From an uncultured delta proteobacterium (GTDB lineage Bacteria; Myxococcota; UBA727; VGSZ01): a stretch of 64,000 nt of DNA. Positions within the stretch are counted from its first letter, which is position 1. Each line of letters opens with the position of its first letter. Of this stretch, positions 1-8,498 are shown piece by piece. The notes beneath the pieces were generated by a model. That model was not told where the DNA came from. It saw only the letters and a list, made by a program, of their open reading frames with translations, and did not search any database. The DNA lies in NCBI GenBank assembly GCA_963775425.1, contig CAVZJB010000016.1:1216001-1280000 (forward strand), written 5' to 3'. Made by a program: the position numbers and the translations under genes.

Positions 1-1
1 C

Positions 2-247
2 ATCGCCCGCGCCGTCGTCTCCAAGCCCAAGGTGCTCCTCGCCGATGAGCCCACCGGCGCCCTCGACTCCGTCACGAGCACGGAGATCATGGCGCTGTTC
101 CAGGAGCTGTCGCGCGACGGCATCACCATCGTCCTCGTCACCCACGAGGCCGACATCGCCGCATGCGCGTCGCGCCTCATCGTCATGAAGGACGGCTCCG
201 TCATCAAGGACGCGCCCCAGGCGCCGGTGGCGGCGGTGCGCGCGTGA
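2..247 (+). CDS. ABC transporter ATP-binding protein (MacB/LolD type), 5'-truncated by window edge
   Basis: [22 protein letters not shown] (Walker B/D-loop) and VLVTHE (H-loop); its stop overlaps the GTG of the downstream permease. Confidence 0.9.
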   Translation: MARAVVSKPKVLLADEPTGALDSVTSTEIMALFQELSRDGITIVLVTHEADIAACASRLIVMKDGSVIKDAPQAPVAAVRA

Positions 248-1464
248 GCCCTTTCGCCACCCTCCGCGTCGCCGTGCGCGCCCTCGTGCGCAACAGCACG
301 CGCTCCATCCTCACCACGCTCGGCGTCGTCATCGGCGTCGGCGCGGTCATCGCCATGGTCGCCATCGGCGAGGGCGCCAAGTCCGAGGTCGAGCAGCAGT
401 TCGCCTCCATGGGCGAAAACCTCGTCATCGTGCTCCCCGGCGCGTCCACCTCCGGCCACGCCATGGGCGGCTTCGGCAGCCAACCCACGCTCACCTGGGA
501 CGACCTCGATGCCATCGTCGCGCTGCCGTCGGTGCGGGCGGCGGCGCCGCAGTTGCGCAGCAACCAGCAGATCCAGAGCGAGGGGCAGAACTGGTTCACG
601 CAGGTGAACGGCACCACGCCCGACTACTTCCAGGTGCGCAATTGGACCCTCGCCACCGGGCGCATGTTCACGCCCGGGGACGTCGACGGGGCCGCCAAGG
701 TGGTGCTCCTCGGCAAGACCGTCGTCGACGAGCTGTTCGGCAGCGGCGCCAACCCCGCCGGCCAGGCGGTGCGCATCAAGGGCGTCCCTTACGAGGTCGT
801 CGGCGTGCTCACCGCCAAGGGCCAATCGCCCATGGGCCAGGACTACGACGACATCGTCTTCGTCCCGGTCTCCACGTTCCAGTCCAAGGTGCAGGGCGGG
901 ATGAAGCGCTTCCTCACCGGCCCCATCCTCATCTCCGCCCGCGAGTCCACCCAGCGCACCATCTCCCAGACCAAGGCGTTGTTGCGCGAGCGCCACCACC
1001 TCGCGGAGCGCGACGAGGACGACTTCTCCATCCGCGACCTCACCGAGATCGCGGCGGCGCGGCAGCAGGGGACCGAGACCATGAGCCTGCTCCTCGCGAG
1101 CATCGCCGCGGTGTCGCTCCTCGTCGGCGGCATCGGCATCATGAACATCATGCTCGTGAGCGTCACCGAGCGCACCCGCGAGATCGGGATCCGCATGGCG
1201 GTCGGCGCCACGCCGGCCAACATCCTCGCGCAGTTCCTCGTGGAGGCGCTCGCGCTGTCGCTGCTCGGCGGCGTCCTCGGCATCGCCCTCGGCGTCGGGG
1301 TCTCGAAGATCGTCGCTGTCAAGCTCGGCTGGACCACGCTGGTTCGTCCGGGGGTCATCGCGCTCGCCGTCGGCTTCTCCGCCGGCGTCGGCGTCGTCTT
1401 CGGCCTCTACCCGGCGCGAAAGGCCTCCCAGCTCGACCCCATCGACGCCCTTCGGTACGAGTAG
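244..1464 (+). CDS. ABC transporter permease, MacB/FtsX family
   Basis: [17 protein letters not shown]-terminal TM; [32 protein letters not shown] and [19 protein letters not shown] signatures; GTG start at 244 (GTGA overlap). Confidence 0.92.
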   Translation: MSPFATLRVAVRALVRNSTRSILTTLGVVIGVGAVIAMVAIGEGAKSEVEQQFASMGENLVIVLPGASTSGHAMGGFGSQPTLTWDDLDAIVALPSVRAAAPQLRSNQQIQSEGQNWFTQVNGTTPDYFQVRNWTLATGRMFTPGDVDGAAKVVLLGKTVVDELFGSGANPAGQAVRIKGVPYEVVGVLTAKGQSPMGQDYDDIVFVPVSTFQSKVQGGMKRFLTGPILISARESTQRTISQTKALLRERHHLAERDEDDFSIRDLTEIAAARQQGTETMSLLLASIAAVSLLVGGIGIMNIMLVSVTERTREIGIRMAVGATPANILAQFLVEALALSLLGGVLGIALGVGVSKIVAVKLGWTTLVRPGVIALAVGFSAGVGVVFGLYPARKASQLDPIDALRYE

Positions 1465-1509
1465 CCCGCCCGTTTCACCCCGGATGCTCGCCCGAGGTAG
1501 CTTCGACGC

Positions 1510-4341
1510 GTGTCGAAGGAGACCGTCCAGGCCATCCGCGCGGCGACCTGGCGGAGCCCCGCCGAGGTGAGCGCCGTGCTCGCCGGGGCCGACGTGGACG
1601 CGGGCGAGATCCTGCAGGTGCTCGACCTCCTGCTGCACAAGGTCCTCGCCGCCGACGCCGAGCGCCACGCCCTGCGGCGTCAGGCGTTCGCCGCCCTCGT
1701 GCAGAGGCGGCCCGACGAGTCCCTCTTTCGGCCCTTCGTGCGCGCGTTCAAGCAGGCGCCGCCCGACGTGCGCACGGTGCTCGGCGACCTGCTGCCCAAG
1801 GTCGCGCAGAACGCCGACACCGCCGAGCTCGTCGACGTGCTGCGCTCGCCCGAGCCCGAGATGCGCGCGGCGGCGGCGCGCTCGCTCGTCGAGATCGCCC
1901 AGGGGCCGGGCGGCAAGGCCGTCGTCGCCGCCGTCTCCAAGCTCGTGAACGAGCGGGGCTTCGCCGGCCTCAAGGAGGCGCTCGACGTCGTCGTCCGCGC
2001 CGGCGGCGCCCACGCGGTGCCGCTCCTCGAGCGCGTGCTCCTCCACCCCGACCCGGCCGATCGCGTGCTCGCCGCGCGCTTGCTCGGCGACCCGCACGTC
2101 GCCGCGCGCGCGTCGTCACAGGTCATGCACGCGCTGCAGAACGCGGCGCGCGACCCGGTCGAGCAGGTGGCCATCGCCGCCGTCCAGGGCCTCGCCGTCG
2201 TCGCCACCGAGGCCGACTACCTCGCCGTGGCGGTGCCGCTCGTGGAGAGCAAGGACAACCGCGGGCTCAAGCTCGCCGCCGCCGCGCTCGAGGGCCTCCG
2301 TCGCTTTCCCAACGAGCGCACCGCCGCCATCCTCGAGCGCAAGATCGCCGTCGGTCCCAACACGCTCCGCTTCAGCGCCCTCGCCGTCGCGGAGGCCGCC
2401 GGCAGCGACGCGCTCCTCGGTGTCGTCGTCAAGGCGCTCGGCCACCCGCACATCGCGGTGCGCAACCGCGCGAGCGAGGTGATGTCGTCGATGGCGCGCT
2501 CGGGGCGCGTGGAGGTGGGGCGCACCATCGTGTGGCTGCTGCGCTCCCAGGACGTGAGCGTGCGCCGCATGGCCGCCGACGTCCTGCGCGCGGTGCCGGA
2601 TCCCCACGGCGAGCTGTGGCCCAAGCTCGTGTCCTCCTTGCGCGACGACGACTGGTGGGTGCGGGAGCGCGTGATGGACGCGCTCGTCGAGCTCGCGGGC
2701 CGCGGCCTCTCCCGCTACATGGTGGCGTGGCTCGCGGACGGCTCCGACGTCGTCCGCCGCTTCGCCCTCAGCGTGCTCCTGCGCCTGAAGGACCCGGAGA
2801 CCATCGGCGCGCTCGTCCACTGCGCCATGAACGACAGCGACTGGTGGGCGCGCGAGAAGGCCATCGAGGTCATCGCCGAGTTCCGCGACCCGCGCGCGGT
2901 GCCGACCGTCATCGACCTCATGCAGCGAAACCCCGAGCTGCAGCTCGCGTGTATCGCCGCGCTGCGCCGGATCGACGCGGGCGCCGCCGCGCCCCACGTG
3001 CTCCCCCTCGCGCAGTCGCCCGACGCCGACGTTCGCCTCGCGGTCCTCAAGCTCGTCGAGGAGCTCAACGACGCCTCGCACGCCTGGGTGGCCGACGCCC
3101 TCCACGACGACCCGGACCCGGCCGTGCAGCGCCTCGCCCGCTCGGTGGCCGCCCGCTACAGCGTGGTGCGCGAGAACGACCCCGCCGTGCCCGGCATCGC
3201 CCCGGTCGCCGGCGGCGACACCACCCCGCTCGACGTGCTGCTCACGCGCGTGGTCGAGGTCGGCGGCGACGACCTCATCCTCGCCTCCGACCGCCAGGTG
3301 TACGTGAAGCGGCCGGGCGGCATCGTCGCCGTCACCGAGCAGCCCGTGAGCGCCGAGCGCGCCTCGGCGCTCCTGACACCGCTTCTGTCCACGGCGCTGA
3401 TGCTGCGGCTCGAGACCAAGCGCGACGTCGACTTCAGCTACGCCGTCAAGGCCACCGGCGCGCGCTTCCGCGTGAACCTCTTTCGCCAGCGCGGCGGGCT
3501 CTCGGCGGTGTTTCACGCCGTGCGCGGCATCGTGCCCGACCTCGAGCAGCTCGGGCTGCCCGCGCCGGTGGCGTCGTGGTGCAACTTCAAAAACGGCCTG
3601 GTGCTCGTGGCCGGGCCGACGGCGTCGGGCAAATCCACCACGCTGGCGGCGCTCCTCGACGAGATGAACCGCAAGAGCTCGCGGCACATCGTCAGCATCG
3701 AGGACCCCATCGAGGTCCTGCACCCCGCCAAGCTCTCCCTCGTCAACCAGCGGGAGGTGGGCACCCACACCCGCAGCTTCGCGGCGGCGCTGCGCTCGGC
3801 GCTGCGCGAGGATCCCGACGTCCTCATGATCGGAGAGATGCGCGACAAGGAGACCATCGCGCTGGCGCTGACCGCGGCGGAGACCGGCCACCTCGTGTTC
3901 GGCACCATCAACACCATCTCGTCGGACCAGGCCGTCGAGCGCATCGTCAACGCGTTCCCGCGCAGCGAGCAGGAGCAGGTGCGCTCGTCCCTCGCAGACG
4001 TGCTGCGCGCCGTCCTGTGTCAGACGCTGGTGCGCGGGAAGGACGGGAACACACGCCACCTCGCGGCCGAGGTGATGATCAACAACGACGCCATCGCCAA
4101 CCTCATCCGCAAGGGCAAGTCCGTACAGATCCCGTCCATCGTCGCCACGGCGGCCGACGCCGGCATGCAGACGCTCGAGCAGGACCTCGCGCGCCTCATC
4201 CGCAGCGGCGTCGTCGACGTCGACGACGCCTCCGCCAAGGTGCGCAACAAGCGTGAGCTCGAGACCGCGCGCGGCGCGCCCGAACCCCCGCCGGCGCGGC
4301 CGGTGACGGGCACCGTGAAGCGCACGCTGGGGAGCGGCTGA
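1510..4341 (+). CDS. HEAT-repeat / PilT-PilU family ATPase fusion
   Basis: About 550 aa of HEAT-like repeats (e.g. LRDDDWWVRERVMDAL, DSDWWAREKAIEVI), then GPTASGKSTT, SIEDPIE, REDPDVLMIGEMRD, AETGHL, AIANLIR, GMQT. Confidence 0.88.
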   Translation: MSKETVQAIRAATWRSPAEVSAVLAGADVDAGEILQVLDLLLHKVLAADAERHALRRQAFAALVQRRPDESLFRPFVRAFKQAPPDVRTVLGDLLPKVAQNADTAELVDVLRSPEPEMRAAAARSLVEIAQGPGGKAVVAAVSKLVNERGFAGLKEALDVVVRAGGAHAVPLLERVLLHPDPADRVLAARLLGDPHVAARASSQVMHALQNAARDPVEQVAIAAVQGLAVVATEADYLAVAVPLVESKDNRGLKLAAAALEGLRRFPNERTAAILERKIAVGPNTLRFSALAVAEAAGSDALLGVVVKALGHPHIAVRNRASEVMSSMARSGRVEVGRTIVWLLRSQDVSVRRMAADVLRAVPDPHGELWPKLVSSLRDDDWWVRERVMDALVELAGRGLSRYMVAWLADGSDVVRRFALSVLLRLKDPETIGALVHCAMNDSDWWAREKAIEVIAEFRDPRAVPTVIDLMQRNPELQLACIAALRRIDAGAAAPHVLPLAQSPDADVRLAVLKLVEELNDASHAWVADALHDDPDPAVQRLARSVAARYSVVRENDPAVPGIAPVAGGDTTPLDVLLTRVVEVGGDDLILASDRQVYVKRPGGIVAVTEQPVSAERASALLTPLLSTALMLRLETKRDVDFSYAVKATGARFRVNLFRQRGGLSAVFHAVRGIVPDLEQLGLPAPVASWCNFKNGLVLVAGPTASGKSTTLAALLDEMNRKSSRHIVSIEDPIEVLHPAKLSLVNQREVGTHTRSFAAALRSALREDPDVLMIGEMRDKETIALALTAAETGHLVFGTINTISSDQAVERIVNAFPRSEQEQVRSSLADVLRAVLCQTLVRGKDGNTRHLAAEVMINNDAIANLIRKGKSVQIPSIVATAADAGMQTLEQDLARLIRSGVVDVDDASAKVRNKRELETARGAPEPPPARPVTGTVKRTLGSG

Positions 4342-5433
4342 GTGGCGCGCATCGACTCCTTCCTGCGGCTCGTCGTCGAACAGGGCGCGAGCGATCTGCA
4401 CTTCGACGCCGGCAAGGTCCCTGTCATCCGCTACAACGGCGACCTGTTGCCGTTGCCGTTCCGCCCGCTGTCGGAGGCGGAGACGCGGCGCTTCCTCTTC
4501 GAGATGCTCGACACCGAGGAGCGCGACCGCCTCGAGAGCACGCAGGAGCTCGACCTCCTGTACGCCCTGCCCGACGTCGGGCGCTTTCGCGTGAACATGT
4601 TCGTGCAGTCGCACGGCTACGGCGCCGCCTTCCGCATCATCCCCGACCGCCCTCCGGAGCTCGACGTCCTCGGGTTTCCGCCCGTGGTCCGCCAGCTCAC
4701 GGCGCTGTCGTCGGGGCTGGTGCTCATCGGCGGGCCCACGGGGTCGGGCAAGACCACCACGCTCGCGGCCATCGTCCACGAGATCAACAAGACCGCGCAG
4801 CGCCACGTCATCACCATCGAGGACCCCATCGAGTTCCTCCACGAGCCCATCCAGAGCGTGATCACGCAGCGGCAGGTGGGCGCGCACATCGAGAGCTTCG
4901 CGGAGGCGGTGCGCTCGGCCTTGCGTGAGGCGCCCGACGTGCTCGTCGTCGGCGAGGTGCGCGAGCACGAGACCCTCCGGCTCGCGTTACAGGCGGCGGA
5001 GACCGGCGTGCTCGCGTTCGGCACGCTCCACACGGGCTCGGCGCCGAAGACCCTCTCCCGCGTCCTCGACATGGCGCCCGAGGACGCGCGCGAGCAATTG
5101 CGAGCCACGCTCGCGGTCCACCTGCGCGCGGTGCTGGCGCAACACCTCGTCAAGCGCGCCAGCGGCGACGGCCGCATCGCCACCCTCGAGGTGCTGGTGA
5201 ACAACCAGGCCGTGGCGTCGATGATCCGCGACAACAAGGTCGCGCAGCTCGACGGCATGCTGCAGTCGGCGTCGCCGGAGACCGGGATGCAGTCGCTCGA
5301 CGCGTGTCTCATCCGCTACCTCCGCGACGGCCTCGTCGACGCCGATGACGCCGTCAGCACCGCCGAGCACCCGGACGTCATCAAGCGCGCCATCGCGCAG
5401 CTCGCGATGGAGCAAGCGGAGGCGGCCCAGTGA
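4342..5433 (+). CDS. pilT: Type IV pilus retraction-type ATPase, PilT/PilU family
   Basis: GASDLH, GRFRVN, GPTGSGKTTT, TIEDPIE, REAPDVLVVGE, GTLHT, GMQSLD motifs. Confidence 0.88.
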   Translation: MARIDSFLRLVVEQGASDLHFDAGKVPVIRYNGDLLPLPFRPLSEAETRRFLFEMLDTEERDRLESTQELDLLYALPDVGRFRVNMFVQSHGYGAAFRIIPDRPPELDVLGFPPVVRQLTALSSGLVLIGGPTGSGKTTTLAAIVHEINKTAQRHVITIEDPIEFLHEPIQSVITQRQVGAHIESFAEAVRSALREAPDVLVVGEVREHETLRLALQAAETGVLAFGTLHTGSAPKTLSRVLDMAPEDAREQLRATLAVHLRAVLAQHLVKRASGDGRIATLEVLVNNQAVASMIRDNKVAQLDGMLQSASPETGMQSLDACLIRYLRDGLVDADDAVSTAEHPDVIKRAIAQLAMEQAEAAQ

Positions 5434-7121
5434 GCGACGCCGCCGAAGGGGCCGAGCTGGCCCGCGCGCGCGCCCTCGAGGGCCAGGGCGACCTCGACGC
5501 GGCGTACCGCGCGTACATGGCGGGCGGTCACCTCGACGACGCCGTGCGGCTCCTGCGTGACAACGGGCGGCCGCTCGACGCCGCCGACGTCATCATCGCG
5601 TGGGTCACGCAACGGCCGCGCCCCCTCGACGACAACGACCGCGCGTGGGCCACGCGCGCGGCCGAGCTCCTCGAGCAGGGGGACGCGCCCGCGCGCGCCG
5701 CCGAGATCCTCGCGTGGATCGGCGCCGCCGGCGAAGCGGCCGCGCTCGCGCAGAAGCTCCTCGCCGAGGGGCGGATCTTCGACGCGGGCGCGGCGCTCGT
5801 GCGCCTCGGCAATCCGGGGCGCGGCATCGAGCTCCTGTCCAAGACGCCGCGGGGCGACGCCCGCTACGCCGCGGCGTGCGTGGAGGTCGCCCGCGGGCTC
5901 GCGCGCGGCGCGGCCATGACCATGGAGCTCGACCGCTGGCTCGCGGACTTCATCCGCAAAGGACCCGACGACGACGTCGAAGCCGACGCCCTCTACGGCG
6001 TCGCCGCCGCGTTCGCGCGCGAGGGGTTCCCCGAAAACGCCATCGAGTGCCTGCTTCGCATCGAGGCCCGCCGGCCCGGCTTTCGCGACGCCGCGGCCCA
6101 GGCCGCGCGCCTGGAGGCGGGCGCGCGCAGCGCGGTGCACGACTTCGCGCGGGTGCTCGAGGAGGATGCGCGCTTCCTCGGTGCGCAGGGCCCTGGCGTA
6201 AAGCCGCTGCCCTCGGCCGCCATCGCCCCCACGGACACGCCGACCGTGATCACCTCGTCATCCGAGGACGAGCCGGCCGCTGCCGGACTGGCGCAGTCGT
6301 TCGCGCCCGGCGTCATCCTCGCGAAGCGCTATCGCCTCGAGGAGCTCATCGGGCGTGGCGGCATGTCGCTCGTGTACCGCGCCACGGACCTCGAGCTGAA
6401 CGACACCGTGGCGCTCAAGATCTTCACGCAGCCCACCAACGAAGACGCGCTCGCGCGCTTCAAGCAGGAGGTGCTGCTCGCGCGGCAGCTCATCCACCGG
6501 CACGTGGTGCGCGTGTACGACCTCGGCACCGCGCTCGGCGCGCGCTTCCTCACGATGGAGCTTCTCGTCGGCGAGGACCTGCACACCAAGATGGTGCACG
6601 GGCTCACCCTCCGGCAGGGCGTCGACTTTCTCATCCAGGCCTGCGCGGGCCTGGAGGCGGCGCACCAGGTGGGCGTCATCCACCGCGACGTGAAGCCGGA
6701 GAACCTGTTCGTCACGCGGGAGAACGTCGTCAAGGTCACCGACTTCGGCATCGCCAAGCAGTCGAGCCAGCCCGGGCTCACGGTGGCGGGGATGGTGGTC
6801 GGCACGCCGGAGTACATGGCGCCCGAGCAGGCGCATGGCCACATGAACGTCACGCCGCGCGCCGACCTCTACTCCATCGGCATCATCCTGTACTACCTCA
6901 CCACGGGGACGCTCCCGTTCCGCCACAGCGAGCTGGTGCCGCTGTTGATGATGCAGGTGACGCAGAAGCCCGACCCGCCGCGCAAGCACAACCCCGCGCT
7001 CCCCGGAGACGTCGAGGAGCTGGTGCTCTCGCTCCTCGAGAAGGATCCCGCGCTGCGGCCGCCGTCGGCGCGCGCCGTGGGCGAGCGCTTGATCGATCTG
7101 CGGCTGCGCGGCGTGGTCTGA
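5430..7121 (+). CDS. Ser/Thr protein kinase with N-terminal helical/TPR-like region
   Basis: IGRGGMS, VALK, IHRDVKPEN, DFG, GTPEYMAPEQ, DLYSIG; GTGA overlap with pilT. Confidence 0.92.
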   Translation: MSDAAEGAELARARALEGQGDLDAAYRAYMAGGHLDDAVRLLRDNGRPLDAADVIIAWVTQRPRPLDDNDRAWATRAAELLEQGDAPARAAEILAWIGAAGEAAALAQKLLAEGRIFDAGAALVRLGNPGRGIELLSKTPRGDARYAAACVEVARGLARGAAMTMELDRWLADFIRKGPDDDVEADALYGVAAAFAREGFPENAIECLLRIEARRPGFRDAAAQAARLEAGARSAVHDFARVLEEDARFLGAQGPGVKPLPSAAIAPTDTPTVITSSSEDEPAAAGLAQSFAPGVILAKRYRLEELIGRGGMSLVYRATDLELNDTVALKIFTQPTNEDALARFKQEVLLARQLIHRHVVRVYDLGTALGARFLTMELLVGEDLHTKMVHGLTLRQGVDFLIQACAGLEAAHQVGVIHRDVKPENLFVTRENVVKVTDFGIAKQSSQPGLTVAGMVVGTPEYMAPEQAHGHMNVTPRADLYSIGIILYYLTTGTLPFRHSELVPLLMMQVTQKPDPPRKHNPALPGDVEELVLSLLEKDPALRPPSARAVGERLIDLRLRGVV

Positions 7122-7167
7122 GCGCGCGCGGGACGGCCTGGATGTCGTGACGCCGCTCGAATTGCCG

Positions 7168-7186
7168 ACCGGAGGGAGCGGCCGCG
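7168..7186 (+). repeat. Dispersed intergenic repeat ACCGGAGGGAGCGGCCGCG, copy 1
   Basis: Identical 19-mer also at 36194 and 47842; lies between convergent genes. Confidence 0.75.
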
Positions 7187-7192
7187 GTCAAT

Positions 7193-8485
7193 TCAGACGA
7201 GGGCGCGCAGGCGCTGCTCGAGGCGATCGAGGCCGAGGTTGGCGGCGCCACCGAGGGAGACGCGCGCCTCCAGGCTCTGCTCGGGCGTGCGCGCCGCGAG
7301 CGTGGGGATGTCGCGAGCGGCGCGGGCGTAGGCGATGCGGAAGGGGACGCCGGCGCGCGCGAGCTCCAAAGCGCGGTCGGTGGCGTGCATGTCGCCGGTG
7401 ATGGCGGCCCGCATGCGCTCCTCGTCGAAGCGGACGGCGTCGACGAGGGCGGGCACGAGCTCGAGGCCCGCCAGCGCGCGCTCGCACGCACGCACCAGGG
7501 GCGCCTTGGTGGTCTGCAGGTCGCGGTGGTAGCTCGACGGCAACGACAGCGCCGCCGACGTCTCCGCGAGCGCCCCCTCCACCACCGCCGGCAGCGCGCG
7601 CAACAGCTCGACCACGTCGGGGTTTCGCTTGTTCGGCATGAGCGAGCTGCCCGTGGTGTATGCGTCGGGGAGCACGACGAAGCCGAGCTCGGTGGTGGCA
7701 TACAGCGACAGGTCCCACGCGAGCCTTCGCACGTCGACGCACGCGAGGTGAAGCGCTTGAAGCGCGAACAGCTCGATCTTGCCGCGACCGTTCTGCGCGG
7801 CCATCGGGCTCACGATCACCCGGCCGAAGCCGAGCTCCGCGGCGATGCCGTCTCGGTCGAGCGCCACGCTCACCCCGAAGCCCGCGCCCGTGCCGAGCGG
7901 CGACGCGTTGGCCAGCTCCCGGGCCCCCTGCGCCGCCTGGGCGTCGTCGAGGAACCCCTCCGCGTGGCCCGCCATCCACATCGCCAGCGACATGGGCATG
8001 GCGCGCTGCAGGTGCGTATAGCCCGGCATGGGGACGTCGACGGAGCGCTTGGCCCTCTCGAGCAGGCGTGCCGCCGTCTCGCGCGAAGACGCGTACAAGC
8101 GATCGAGCTGCGCGAGCAGGTAGAGGCGCTGCGCCACCAGCACCTGATCGTTGCGCGAGCGGGCCGTGTGCACCTTGCGCCCGAGGTCGCCGGCCTTCTC
8201 GGTCAGCCAGCTCTCGATCGCCGTGTGACCGTCCTCGTAGCGATCGTCGAGCACGAAGGCGCCCGCGAGCCACTCCTGCCCGAGCTGGACGAGGAGCCCC
8301 GCCAGCCGGTCGCGCTCATCGGCGCTCAGGATGTCCGCGCGAGACAGCGCGTTGACGTGCGCGATGGTCGCGCGGACGTCGTGCACGAACAGCGCTCTGT
8401 CGAGGACGACGTCGTCGGCGGCGCAGAAGCGCTGCACGGCCTCGTCGAGCTCGACCTTGCCCTTGGCCCACAGCGGCGCTGTCAT
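7193..8485 (-). CDS. argH: Argininosuccinate lyase
   Basis: VHTARSRNDQV, MPGYTHLQRA, TGSSLMPNKRNPD fumarate-lyase signature; arg operon context. Confidence 0.95.
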   Translation of the reverse strand: MTAPLWAKGKVELDEAVQRFCAADDVVLDRALFVHDVRATIAHVNALSRADILSADERDRLAGLLVQLGQEWLAGAFVLDDRYEDGHTAIESWLTEKAGDLGRKVHTARSRNDQVLVAQRLYLLAQLDRLYASSRETAARLLERAKRSVDVPMPGYTHLQRAMPMSLAMWMAGHAEGFLDDAQAAQGARELANASPLGTGAGFGVSVALDRDGIAAELGFGRVIVSPMAAQNGRGKIELFALQALHLACVDVRRLAWDLSLYATTELGFVVLPDAYTTGSSLMPNKRNPDVVELLRALPAVVEGALAETSAALSLPSSYHRDLQTTKAPLVRACERALAGLELVPALVDAVRFDEERMRAAITGDMHATDRALELARAGVPFRIAYARAARDIPTLAARTPEQSLEARVSLGGAANLGLDRLEQRLRALV

Positions 8486-8498
8486 CGCTCATCCTCCA

